A stretch of DNA of 64,000 nt from Heptranchias perlo. Lineage: Eukaryota. The notes beneath the pieces are model-generated. The model saw nothing but the letters and a program-made list of their open reading frames with translations, had not been told where the DNA came from and made no database searches. Below, one piece after another: positions 51,135-61,779 of this stretch (within the stretch, counting starts at the first letter, position 1; every line of letters starts with the position of its first letter). The translations under genes were made by a program, and so were the position numbers. Where the stretch lies: NCBI RefSeq assembly GCF_035084215.1, contig NC_090363.1, positions 5,022,001-5,086,000 on the forward strand, written 5' to 3'.

Positions 51135-51650
51135 TTCAAAGAATCTTACAGTACAGAAGGAGGCCATTTGGCCCATTGTGCCTGTGCCGGCTCTTTGAAA
51201 GAACTATCCAATTAGTCCCACTCCCCCCTGCTTTTTTCCCCATGGCTCTGCAAATTTTTCCTTTTCAAGTACTTCCCTTTTGAAAGTTACTATTTTGAAA
51301 GTTACTATTGAATCTGCTTCCACCACCCCTTCAGGCAGCACATTCCAGATCATAACTCGCTGTGTTAAAAAAAAATTCTCCTCATTTCCCCCCCCCCCAC
51401 CCCGGTTCTTTTGCCAATTATCTTAAATCTGTGTTCTCTGGTTACCGACCCTCCTGCCGCTGGAAACAGTTTCTCCTTATTTACTCTATCAAAGCAAAAC
51501 CCCTTATAATTTTGAACACCTCTGTTAAATCTCCCCTTAACCTTCTCTGCTCTAAGGAGAACAATCCCAGCTTCTCCAATCTCTCCACATAACGGAAGTC
51601 CCTCATCCCTGGTTTCATTCTGGTGACTGTCCACTGCACCCTCTCCAAGG
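51135..51650 (-). mobile_element. CR1 LINE 3' fragment in VARS1 intron
   Basis: DRVNKEKLFP...HRFKIIGKRT on the minus strand, near-identical to 41520-41830. Confidence 0.75.
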
Positions 51651-51898
51651 ATGTTAATGTTATGCTAAACCCTCATCCATGCCTTTGTTACTTCCAAACT
51701 TGGCTAATGCTCTCCTGGCCCACCTTGCACCCTCCATAAACTTGAGCTCATGCAAAACTCTGCTGCCCGCACCCTAACTCGCACCAAGTCCCGTTCACCC
51801 ATCACCCCTGGGCTCGCTGACCTACATAAGGTGGGTGGGGTGGGGGGCTTTGATGTTTTTCACACTTGCATCCAAAGTCTCTTCCCTTCGTTACACAG

Positions 51899-52077
51899 GG
51901 CGGCAGCAGCAGCAGCAGCAGCAGCGCGTGGTCAGTCCAGAGCCAGTCGCGCCTGCGGAGGAGCCGGTGAAGAAGACACCAGCGCAGCTGAAGAAGGAGG
52001 CCAAGAAGAAAGAGAAAATGGACAAGTTCCTGCAGAAACAGGACAAGCTGAAGGAGCAGCAGCAGGCGCAGCCGGAG
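51899..52077 (+). CDS. VARS1: Valyl-tRNA synthetase coding exon 4
   Basis: RQQQQQQQRVVSPE...KTPAQLKKEAKKKEKMDKFLQKQ. 179 nt, phase compatible with both neighbours. Confidence 0.88.
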
Positions 52078-52297
52078 GTCAGTATGGGGTCAGTGGGAGG
52101 TTAGTGGGTCATTGCTGGCAGTTTAGCCTTCTCAAGAATGAGGCAGCTCCCCAGCCACCAACCCGTGCCCTGTGTTAATATGATGGCCGGGTTCCGCGCC
52201 CATGAGGACGGCCTCGGCCGGGACCTTGGGTTCGTGTCGCGCTGCACGTGACCCCGCCAGCGAAGGGGGAGAAAGGAGTTGTGTTTTTGATATTCTC

Positions 52298-52329
<32 letters not shown>

Positions 52330-52379
52330 TCTCTCTCTGCCATTTGGGTTTCTTTCTGTCTGTCTGTGTAATTGACACA

Positions 52380-52600
52380 ATGTATATCCAGTGTACTGGG
52401 ACATGCTGTTCTCCGTGACTGGCCTGTTTGAACAACAACGACACCTTTTGATTGGTGTGATGATGTCCCAGCATAGTATAAGATATGCGATTTGAGAACC
52501 TTTTCACTCATTCACCTGACGAAGGGGATAATCTCCGAAAGCTTGTGATTTAAAAATAAATTTGTTGGACTATAACCTGGTGGTGTAAGATTCCTTACAC
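52380..52600 (+). mobile_element. Penelope-type terminal fragment with minimal hammerhead-like motif (52511-52548)
   Basis: TCAC-CTGACGA-AGGGGATAATCTCC-GAAA-GCTT-GTGA followed by AATAAA...GTTGGACTATAACCTGGTG. Confidence 0.55.
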
Positions 52601-52883
52601 CTGTGTTAATATGGCGCAGCGATGAATACCACTGGTCGCACCGCGCTGTGAGAAAAAGTTATGCTGGTTGTCAATTAAGGGTAAGATTCCCAAATTAATT
52701 TTGTCTGCTTTTTTTTAAAATTTAAACTGCTGTTGTATTTTAAAGAAACATAAAATGCATTGCCGAAACAAAACTAGACTGATCTGATTGCATTGCGCCT
52801 GGATTGTAATCTCACTGAGCAGACTTACATGACATTTGGGAAAGATATAAACTGAGAAGTCAGCCCCCACTCCCTGATCTATA

Positions 52884-53351
52884 AAGAAAGACTTGCATTT
52901 ATATAGCATCTTTCACGACTTTAGGACATCCCAAAGCGCTTTACAGCCAATGAATTACTATTTTGAAGTGTAGTCACTGTTGTAATGTAGGAAATGTGAC
53001 AGCCAATTTGCGCACAGCAAGATCCCACAAACAGCAATAAGATATTGACCAGGCAATCTTATTTCGTGATGTTGGTTGAGGGATAAATATTGGCCCAGGA
53101 CACCAGGGGAGAACTCCCCTGCTCTTCTTCAAAATAGTACCACGGCATCTTTTACGTCCACCCGAGAGGGCAGACGGGGCCTCGGTTTAACGTCTCATTC
53201 GAAAGACGGCACCTCCGACAGTGCAGCACTCCCTCAGTACTGCACTGGGTGTGTTAGTCTGGATTTTGTGTTTTAAGTTTCCGGAGTGGGACTCAAACCC
53301 ACAACCACTGACTCAGAGGTGAGAGTGCTACCGACTGAGCCATGGCTGACA
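52884..53351 (-). mobile_element. tRNA-derived SINE, full length
   Basis: Minus strand TGTCAGCCATGGCTCAGTCGG...GCTATATAAATGCAAGTCTTTCTT. Confidence 0.8.
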
Positions 53352-53462
53352 TCTCTCAGAAAGGAATCACAGCCGCGTTTCATGTACAGTGAATGTCTAT
53401 GAAGTGCTGTGGCCGTCGTTTAGCAAGATCTCACAAGCCATGGGATGAATGCGGAGTTAAGG

Positions 53463-53905
53463 AGTCAGCCGTGACAGAGTAGCGTTCTCGCCTCTGAGTC
53501 AGAAGGTTGTGGGTTCAAATTGCACTCCAGAAAATTGAGCACAAAATCCAGGCTGACACTCCCAGTGTAGCACTGACGGAGTGCTGATTTGTTGGAGGTG
53601 CCGTCTTTCGGATGAGACGTTAAACCCGAGGCCCCGTCTGCCCTCTGACACTACTTGAAGAAGAGCAGGGGAGTTCTCCCTGGTACCCTGACCAATAATT
53701 ACCCCCTCAACCAACATCACTAAAAATATTATCTGGTTATTATCTCATTGCTGTTTGTGGGATCTTGCTGTGCGCAAATTGGTTGCCGCGTTTCCTACAT
53801 TACAACAGTGATTACACTTCAAAAACAACTTCATTGGCTGCAAAGCACCTCCAGGCGTCCTGAGGTGGTGAAAGACACTATATAAATGCAAGTTTGTTCT
53901 TTCTT
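53463..53905 (+). mobile_element. tRNA-derived SINE, head-to-head with 52884-53351
   Basis: GTCAGCCGTG...CTCGCCTCTGAGTCAGAAGGTTGTGGGTTCAAAT...CTATATAAATGCAAGTT. Confidence 0.8.
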
Positions 53906-55180
53906 TTCGGTGATGATTGAGGGAGAAATGTTGGCCAGGGCACTCGAAAGAGCTCCCTGCAAATAGTGCGGTGGGATCGTTTAATATCTGCCTGAGTATG
54001 GTAGATGGGGCCTTAGTTTAACATCTAAGGGTTGGACCTCTGACAGCGCAGCACTCCCTCGGTGTACCGCACTCGAGTGTCGGCCTAGGTGACGTCCTCA
54101 CTTCACCGCCGTCCCGTCAGACCCTGGACATCCTCCACAGACCTGGATCCTTGCGAATCAGGCACACTCGTGGCTGCTCCATTTTTAAGCTTCCGCTCGG
54201 CTATGCGCGTACCAGAGGAGCCAGGCATCTCTCTCTAGATCCTTCTCCTTAACCTTGCATCATGAACCCCCGTGCCCTTCTCTCTCGGACGCACAGTGGC
54301 CTTGTCACGGCCCGTTGAGTGATTAAGCTGTATTACACCTCACCGCTGGTCGTAACCATGTAATCAACTTACCTTCTGAAGCTTGTGCTGATACATTCAC
54401 TCATGCAAGGACAGAAGGGGTGGCTTAATTCAGTTGTCCTGGTGCCCTGGCAACATATGTTCCTCAACCAGCTCCACCAAGAAACAGATTAACTGGTCGT
54501 TTATCTCACTGCGGTTTGTGGGACCTTGCTGTGCACAAATTTGCCTACAAACGACAGTGGCTACAATTCATTTCATTGGCTGCGAAGCACTTGGGCACAT
54601 CCTGAGGACAGGAAAGGCGCTGCATAAAATGCAAGTTCCTTCTTTTCTTTCGAACACAGTTTTACACCGAAATACAGGGGGGCAATTTTAACCTAGCCTG
54701 CCCGTCGCAAAACTGATGGGATCGGGTGCAACGCTGGTTTTACACTCCGCCCAAAGTCAACAAAGAGTAATATCGGACGGGCTGCAAAATTGGCGTTCCA
54801 CCTGATCCCCTGTGGGATTCCCGCCAGGCGAGTTAGGTTAAAATAACGCCCACAGTCTCACTGGTGAATCACAACCGTACACAAGATAGTCTAGAAATTA
54901 CTGTTGGCGACATTAGTGAGTGAACATTTCATATGTTTATGTGGCATTCCTCAATCCTCTCTTTTAAAGCAGATAATAGCCCATTTCTTTTAATACCTCT
55001 GCTAAAACAAACAGTGGGTTGTCATTACAAGCACGTGAAACATTCATCCACCGATATCACCAACAGTAATATCTGGGTTCTTGTATCTTAAATCTTTCCT
55101 TCCTCCAGTTTAATAGAATCACAAAATGAGAAGCTGATGGGATTTAAAAAAAAAAAAAAAATAATTTCCCACGTTTTCAG

Positions 55181-55265
55181 AAAAAAGCCAAAGCAGAGAA
55201 GAAAGAAAAGAAGGATCTGGGAGTGATTACGTACGACGTTGCGACTCCCGCAGGAGAGAAAAAAG
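55181..55265 (+). CDS. VARS1: Valyl-tRNA synthetase coding exon 5
   Basis: KKAKAEKKEKKDLGVITYDVATPAGEKK. TTTCAG acceptor, G|GTGAGG donor, 85 nt. Confidence 0.92.
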
Positions 55266-55479
55266 GTGAGGTGGGAGTGCAGTGTAACCGCTGATAACTG
55301 GCTAGCTGGGAACGTTAGTATCTGGTACTGGGGTGACCTGGCGCTCGTCGCACTTTACTCGTCATTACTCCTAAATTTTCCTCTCTAACTCCTAAACTCC
55401 AAACACACCGTGGTACATGCTCGTCCTCCTCCCTGTCCCTCACGGCGTTGAAATTCAGCGCCGTCTCCTTTAACGCACT

Positions 55480-55720
55480 CGGTTGGTGGCCCTCTCGCCT
55501 CTGAGTCAGAAGGTCGTGGGTTCAAGCCCCACTCTAGAGACTCGAGCACATAATCCAGGCTGACACTCACGGTGCCAGCACTGAGGGAGTGCTGCACTGT
55601 CGGAGGTGCCGTCTTTCGGAAGAGACGTTAAACCGAGGCCCCGTTGGGTGGACATAAAAGATCCCGCGGCCGCTACGCGGAGAAGAAATTGAGGCGTTTT
55701 CGCTGGCCAATATTTATCCC
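55480..55720 (+). mobile_element. tRNA-derived SINE fragment
   Basis: CTCTCGCCTCTGAGTCAGAAGGTCGTGGGTTCAAGCCCCACTC...CTGAGGGAGTGCTGCACTGTCGGAGG. Confidence 0.75.
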
Positions 55721-55789
55721 GCCCGAGAGCTTATCTGAAGGAACGAGTGTGATGCACGGTCCTTGACGTGCTGTTTTTCTGGACTCTAG

Positions 55790-55890
55790 ATGTGACTTGC
55801 CCGATGCCGGATTCCTACAGCCCTCAGTATGTGGAAGCAGCCTGGTACGCCTGGTGGGAAAAGCAAGGATTCTTCAAACCCGAGTACGGG
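55790..55890 (+). CDS. VARS1: Valyl-tRNA synthetase coding exon 6
   Basis: [34 protein letters not shown]. 101 nt, GGG|GTAAGC donor. Confidence 0.95.
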
Positions 55891-56471
55891 GTAAGCTCGA
55901 GGGGCCGATCCTCCGCGGCTACGTCACTAATCTCAGCCCAGCCTTACGGTGCACGGGCGTGAGTTTTCCATCCTGAATCCCCTTGAACGGTTGAAAAACG
56001 TCCAGCAGCAGAATGTTCCTTGTTTTGAGGGTCTGGACTAGGGGAGGGATGGAGAGGCGGGGGGGGGGGGGGGGGTGGGGGGGGCGCTGCGGGCAGTGGG
56101 GGCAGAGAGCCACTGATCCTGGTCTTCATTGCTATCTGGCGCCTCCTACTGGAAAATGCATGGACATCAGTTGAGGAGAGAGTCGGGCTCAGCTGTGACG
56201 GCCTCCACAGTTGAACAGCCCCCTGGTACTTGCCGTCAAAGCAGAATACTGGTCCCTTCGTACAGTACCGGAGAGCAACCAGTACATGTACAACAGTAAC
56301 TCCATGAGGAGATTAGCTCAGGGAGCATTAGTGAGCGCTCTGAATCAGAATCCTGTTGTGCGATAGTCTTGTTTTATTTTTGGACGGCTCTGGGAGGGTT
56401 TTCTTTTGTGTACGTGTGTAGGAGTTGAACTGATTTCCAAACGTTTTTTTCTCTTTTTTTTGTTCCCGCAG

Positions 56472-56596
56472 CACAATATCTCTGAACCCAACCCGAAGGG
56501 GACGTTCATGATCTGCATCCCTCCGCCGAATGTGACTGGGTCCCTGCATCTGGGCCACGCCTTAACCAACGCAATTCAGGACTCACTCACCCGCTG
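56472..56596 (+). CDS. VARS1: Valyl-tRNA synthetase coding exon 7 (HIGH-type motif HLGH)
   Basis: [42 protein letters not shown]. 125 nt. Confidence 0.96.
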
Positions 56597-57074
56597 GTAA
56601 TGCCCCTCCCCCGCCCCCACGCCATTAACGGACGCTGCTTGCCAGACGGAGCTGCTCGCCCGTTTTTTCCCCGTCTATAGTTAGCGACTGTGCCGGACGT
56701 CTGTAGCGCACGGACTGGGCATGTTCGGCTTGGGCGTTGGAAGAAGCGGCAGAATGTTCTGGAAACGCTCGGCGAGCTGATCAGCACCTGAAAGGGAAAC
56801 GACAGGTTGATGCTTCGAGTGGGAGACGCCGTCAGAATGCCAGGCCGACTCTTCTAATTATTTTAACTCTTAAAAAAACCTTTTCCTTATCAATATTAGT
56901 ACGCACGTGTATATAAGTATACACAAGTGGACCATCCCTTGGATTGATTGCAGTGAATTGTGGCATGCGATGGTTCATAAAGTCGGCCTGCAGCAATTAT
57001 CCCTCCAGCAGAGACACAGATTCGACCCAATCCCAGCATCACAATTACTTTATCCTCCGACTCAACAGGGTGTC

Positions 57075-60000
57075 TCCCCCCCCCCCCCTTTCCCTGCCTT
57101 TCTCTCTCTCTCTATCCCCCTTCTTTCTCTCTCTACCCCACTTCTTTCTCTTTTTTCTCACTCTCTCTCTCCCCCCCTTCCCTCTCGCTCTTCCCCCCCC
57201 TTCCCTCTCTCTCTTCCCCCCCTTCCCTCTCTCTCTTCGCCCCCTTCCCTCTCTCTCTTCCCCCCCTTCCCTCTCTCTCTTCCCCCCTTCCCTCTCTCTC
57301 TTCCCCCCCTTCCCTCTCTCTNNNNNNNNNNNNNNNNNNNNNNNNNNNNNNNNNNNNNNNNNNNNNNNNNNNNNNNNNNNNNNNNNNNNNNNNNNNNNNN
57401 NNNNNNNNNNNNNNNNNNNNNNNNNNNNNNNNNNNNNNNNNNNNNNNNNNNNNNNNNNNNNNNNNNNNNNNNNNNNNNNNNNNNNNNNNNNNNNNNNNNN
57501 NNNNNNNNNNNNNNNNNNNNNNNNNNNNNNNNNNNNNNNNNNNNNNNNNNNNNNNNNNTCCCTCTCTCTCTTCCCCCCTTCCCTCTCGCTCTTCCCCCCC
57601 CTTCCCTCTCGCTCTTCCCCCCCCTTCCCTCTCGCTCTTCCCCCCCCTTCCCTCTCGCTCTTCCCCCCCCTTCCCTCTCGCTCTTCCCCCCCTTCCCTCT
57701 CGCTCTTCCCCCCCCTTCCCTCTCGCTCTTCCCCCCCTTCCCTCTCGCTCTTCCCCCACTTCCCTCTCGCTCTTCCCCCACTTCCCTCTCGCTCTTCCCC
57801 CACTTCCCTCTCGCTCTTCCCCCCCTTCCCTCTCGCTCTTCCCCCCCTTCCCTCTCGCTCTTCCCCCACTTCCCTCTCGCTCTTCCCCCCCCTTCCCTCT
57901 CTCTCTTCCCCCCTTCCCTCTCGCTCTTCCCCCCCTTCCCTCTCGCTCTTCCCCCCCCTTCCCTCTCGCTCTTCCCCCCCTTCCCTCTCGCTCTTCCCCC
58001 CCTTCCCTCTCGCTCTTCCCCCCCCTTCCCTCTCGCTCTTCCCCCCCTTCCCTCTCGCTCTTCCCCCCCCTTCCCTCTCGCTCTTCCCCCCCTTCCCTCT
58101 CGCTCTTCCCCCACTTCCCTCTCGCTCTTCCCCCCCTTCCCTCTCGCTCTTCCCCCCCTTCCCTCTCGCTCTTCCCCCCCCTTCCCTCTCGCTCTTCCCC
58201 CCCCTTCCCTCTCGCTCTTCCCCCCCCTTCCCTCTCGCTCTTCCCCCCCCTTCCCTCTCGCTCTTCCCCCCCTTCCCTCTCGCTCTTCCCCCCCTTCCCC
58301 CTCGCTCTTCCCCCCCTTCCCTCTCGCTCTTCCCCCCCCTTCCCTCTCGCTCTTCCCCCCCTTCCCTCTCGCTCTTCCCCCCCTTCCCTCTCGCTCTTCC
58401 CTCCCCTTCCCTCTCGCTCTTCCCTCCCCTTCCCTCTCGCTCTTCCCCCCCCTTCCCTCTCGCTCTTCCCCCCCTTCCCTCTCGCTCTTCCCCCCCTTCC
58501 CTCTCGCTCTTTCCCCCCCTTCCCTCTCGCTCTTCCCCCCCCTTCCCTCTCGCTCTTCCCCCCCCTTCCCTCTCGCTCTTCCCCCCCCCTTCCCTCTCGC
58601 TCTTCCCCCCCCTTCCCTCTCGCTCTTCCCCCCCTTCCCTCTCGCTCTTCCCCCCCCTTCCCTCTCTCTCTTCCCCCCTTCCCTCTCTCTCTTCCCCCCT
58701 TCCCTCTCTCTCTTCCCCCCTTCCCTCTCTCTCTTCCCCCCTTCCCTCTCTCTCTTCCCCCCTTCCCTCTCTCTCTTCCCCCCTTCCCTCTCTTCCCCCC
58801 CCCTCTCTCTCTTCCCCCTTCCCTCTCTCTCTTCCCCCTTCCCTCTCTCTCTTCCCCCTTCCCTCTCTCTCTTCGCCCCCTTCCCTCTCTCTCTTCGCCC
58901 CCTTCCCTCTCTCTCTTCGCCCCCTTCCCTCTCTCTCTTCGCCCCCTTCCCTCTCTCTCTTCCCCCTTCCCTCTCTCTCTTCCCCTTCCCTCTCTCTCTT
59001 CCCCCTTCCCTCTCTCTCTTCGCCCCTTCCCTCTCTCTCTTCGCCCCTTCCCTCTCTCTCTTCCCCCTTCCCTCTCTCTCTTCCCCCTTCCCTCTCTCTC
59101 TTCGCCCCCTTCCCTCTCTCTCTTCGCCCCCTTCCCTCTCTCTCTTCGCCCCCTTCCCTCTCTCTCTTCGCCCCCTTCCCTCTCTCTCTTCGCCCCCTTC
59201 CCTCTCTCTCTTCGCCCCCTTCCCTCTCTCTCTTCGCCCCCTTCCCTCTCTCTCTTCGCCCCCTTCCCTCTCTCTCTTCGCCCCCTTCCCTCTCTCTCTT
59301 CGCCCCCTTCCCTCTCTCTCTTCGCCCCCTTCCCTCTCTCTCTTCGCCCCCTTCCCTCTCTCTCTTCGCCCCCTTCCCTCTCTCTCTTCGCCCCCTTCCC
59401 TCTCTCTCTTCGCCCCCTTCCCTCTCTCTCTTCGCCCCCTTCCCTCTCTTCGCCCCCTTCCCTCTCTCTCTTCGCCCCCTTCCCTCTCTCTCTTCGCCCC
59501 CTTCCCTCTCTCTCTTCGCCCCCTTCCCTCTCTCTCTTCGCCCCCTTCCCTCTCTCTCTTCGCCCCCTTCCCTCTCTCTCTTCGCCCCCTTCCCTCTCTC
59601 TCTTCGCCCCCTTCCCTCTCTCTCTTCGCCCCCTTCCCTCTCTCTCTTCGCCCCCTTCCCTCTCTCTCTTCGCCCCCTTCCCTCTCTCTCTTCGCCCCCT
59701 TCCCTCTCTCTCTCTTCGCCCCCTTCCCTCTCTCTCTCTCTTGCCCCCTTCCCTCTCTCTCTCTCTTGCCCCCTTCCTTCTCTCTCTTCGCCCCCTTCCC
59801 TCTCTCTCTTCGCCCCCTTCCCTCTCTCTCTTCGCCCCCTTCCCTCTCTCTCTTCGCCCCCTTCCCTCTCTCTCTTCGCCCCCTTCCCTCTCTCTCTTCG
59901 CCCCCTTCCCTCTCGCTCTTCCCCCCCCTTCCCTCTCTCTCTTCGCCCCCTTCCCTCTCTCTCTTCGCCCCCTTCCCTCTCTCTCTTCGCCCCCTTCCCT

Positions 60001-60862
60001 CTCTCTCTTCGCCCCCTTCCCTCTCTCTCTTCGCCCCTTCCCTCTCTCTCTTCGCCCCTTCCCTCTCTCTCTTCGCCCCTTCCCTCTCTCTCTTCGCCCC
60101 TTCCCTCTCTCTCTTCGCCCCTTCCCTCTCTCTCTTCGCCCCTTCCCTCTCTCTCTTCGCCCCTTCCCTCTCTCTCTTCGCCCCTTCCCTCTCTCTCTTC
60201 GCCCCCTTCCCTCTCTCTCTTCGCCCCCTTCCCTCTCTCTCTTCGCCCCCTTCCCTCTCTCTCTTCTCCCCCTTCCCTCTCTCTCTTCTCCCCTTCCCTC
60301 TCTCTCTTCTCCCCCTTCCCTCTCTCTCTTCGCCCCCTTCCCTCTCTCTCTTCGCCCCCTTCCCTCTCTCTCTTCGCCCCCTTCCCTCTCTCTCTTCGCC
60401 CCCTTCCCTCTCTCTCTTCGCCCCCTTCCCTCTCTCTCTTCGCCCCCTTCCCTCTCTCTCTTCGCCCCCTTCCCTCTCTCTCTTCGCCCCCTTCCCTCTC
60501 TCTCTTCGCCCCCTTCCCTCTCTCTCTTCGCCCCTTCCCTCTCTCTCTTCGCCCCCTTCCCTCTCTCTCTTCGCCCCCTTCCCTCTCTCTCTTCGCCCCC
60601 TTCCCTCTCTCTCTCGCCCCCTTCCCTCTCTCTCTCGCCCCCTTCCCTCTCTCTCGCCCCCTTCCCTCTCTCTCTCTCTTGCCCCCTTCCCTCTCTCTCT
60701 CTCTCTTGCCCCCTTCCCTCTCTCTCTCTCTCTTGCCCCCTTCCCTCTCTCTCTCTCTTGCCCCTTCCCTCTCTCTCTCTCTTGCCCCCTTCCCTCTCTC
60801 TCTCTCTCTTGCCCCCTTCCCTCTCTCTCTCTCTCTCCCTCTTTCCCCCCCCCGCCCCCCCC
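57075..60862 (+). repeat. Polypyrimidine minisatellite (~21-24-bp units, e.g. TTCGCCCCCTTCCCTCTCTCTC), with N gap 57322-57558
   Basis: Directly visible ~3.8-kb array almost devoid of A, with at most one G per unit. Confidence 0.97.
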
Positions 60863-61215
60863 GGACGTTTTGCCTTCCATGTGATGCCCTCCATGTTGGG
60901 ATAGCCGTGTTACGGTTCACACATTACAATTGGTTACTTGGGTGATGGAGAGTCGGGAGTTTTGGGAGAAAAGATTTGGTGATGTGGGGAGAGGGAGGGG
61001 TAAAGAATTGCATGTTAATTAGGACTTGGCACCCTCCCTGTTGGTGATGTCATCAGCGCTCGACTGAAATGGATACATTAAAATGAAAGATCGTTAACAA
61101 TCGCGATCCTCGGTGACCGGACACCTCTTCCAGTCGGGCGGGTTTTCCACCTTATGTTTAAAAAGGTCCTCGACCAGACTCCCATTGTTCTTGGTGTTTT
61201 TTTTTCTTTAACCAG

Positions 61216-61380
61216 GCACCGTATGCGCGGAGAGACGACGCTGTGGAACCCCGGGTGTGATCACGCCGGCATCGCCACACAAGTCGTGGTGGAGAAGAAG
61301 CTTTGGCGCGAGACGGGGAGAACCCGGCACGACCTGGGTCGGCAGAGCTTCATCGAGGAGGTGTGGAAGTGGAAGAACGA
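61216..61380 (+). CDS. VARS1: Valyl-tRNA synthetase coding exon 8 (gene continues beyond window)
   Basis: [32 protein letters not shown]...[19 protein letters not shown]. 165 nt, AG/GT bounded. Confidence 0.96.
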
Positions 61381-61779
61381 GTGAGTGCGGATCGAAGCCC
61401 TCGTCGGCACTTCCTCCGGGGTGGGGGGGAGGGGGCGGCTGTGTAGGAAACGTGGGCTCCCGATCCCGACCAGGGGAATTGTATCGTCCGAAGGTGAATG
61501 GCGGAAGCTGCTTGGCTCGGTCGAGCGTTAATGGCAGTCGTTTCGTCGATTGGGATCGGAGTTTGAACCCGTCCTACTTTTTAAGTGGGATGAAAGTCTT
61601 CTCACTGTGCCCGATTGGGGGGTCCGACATGCAGTGAGTTTGCAGCAGCCTCGGGCCAGGTACTTGTTCCTAACTCTGGGAACAACAGTACATCCTTCTC
61701 CACTTGACCGTGTCTGCCAAGCAGTGGGGTGTTGACATAGCTGGGAATCAGTGCTGCTCATTCTCCTTTTTATCCTCTT

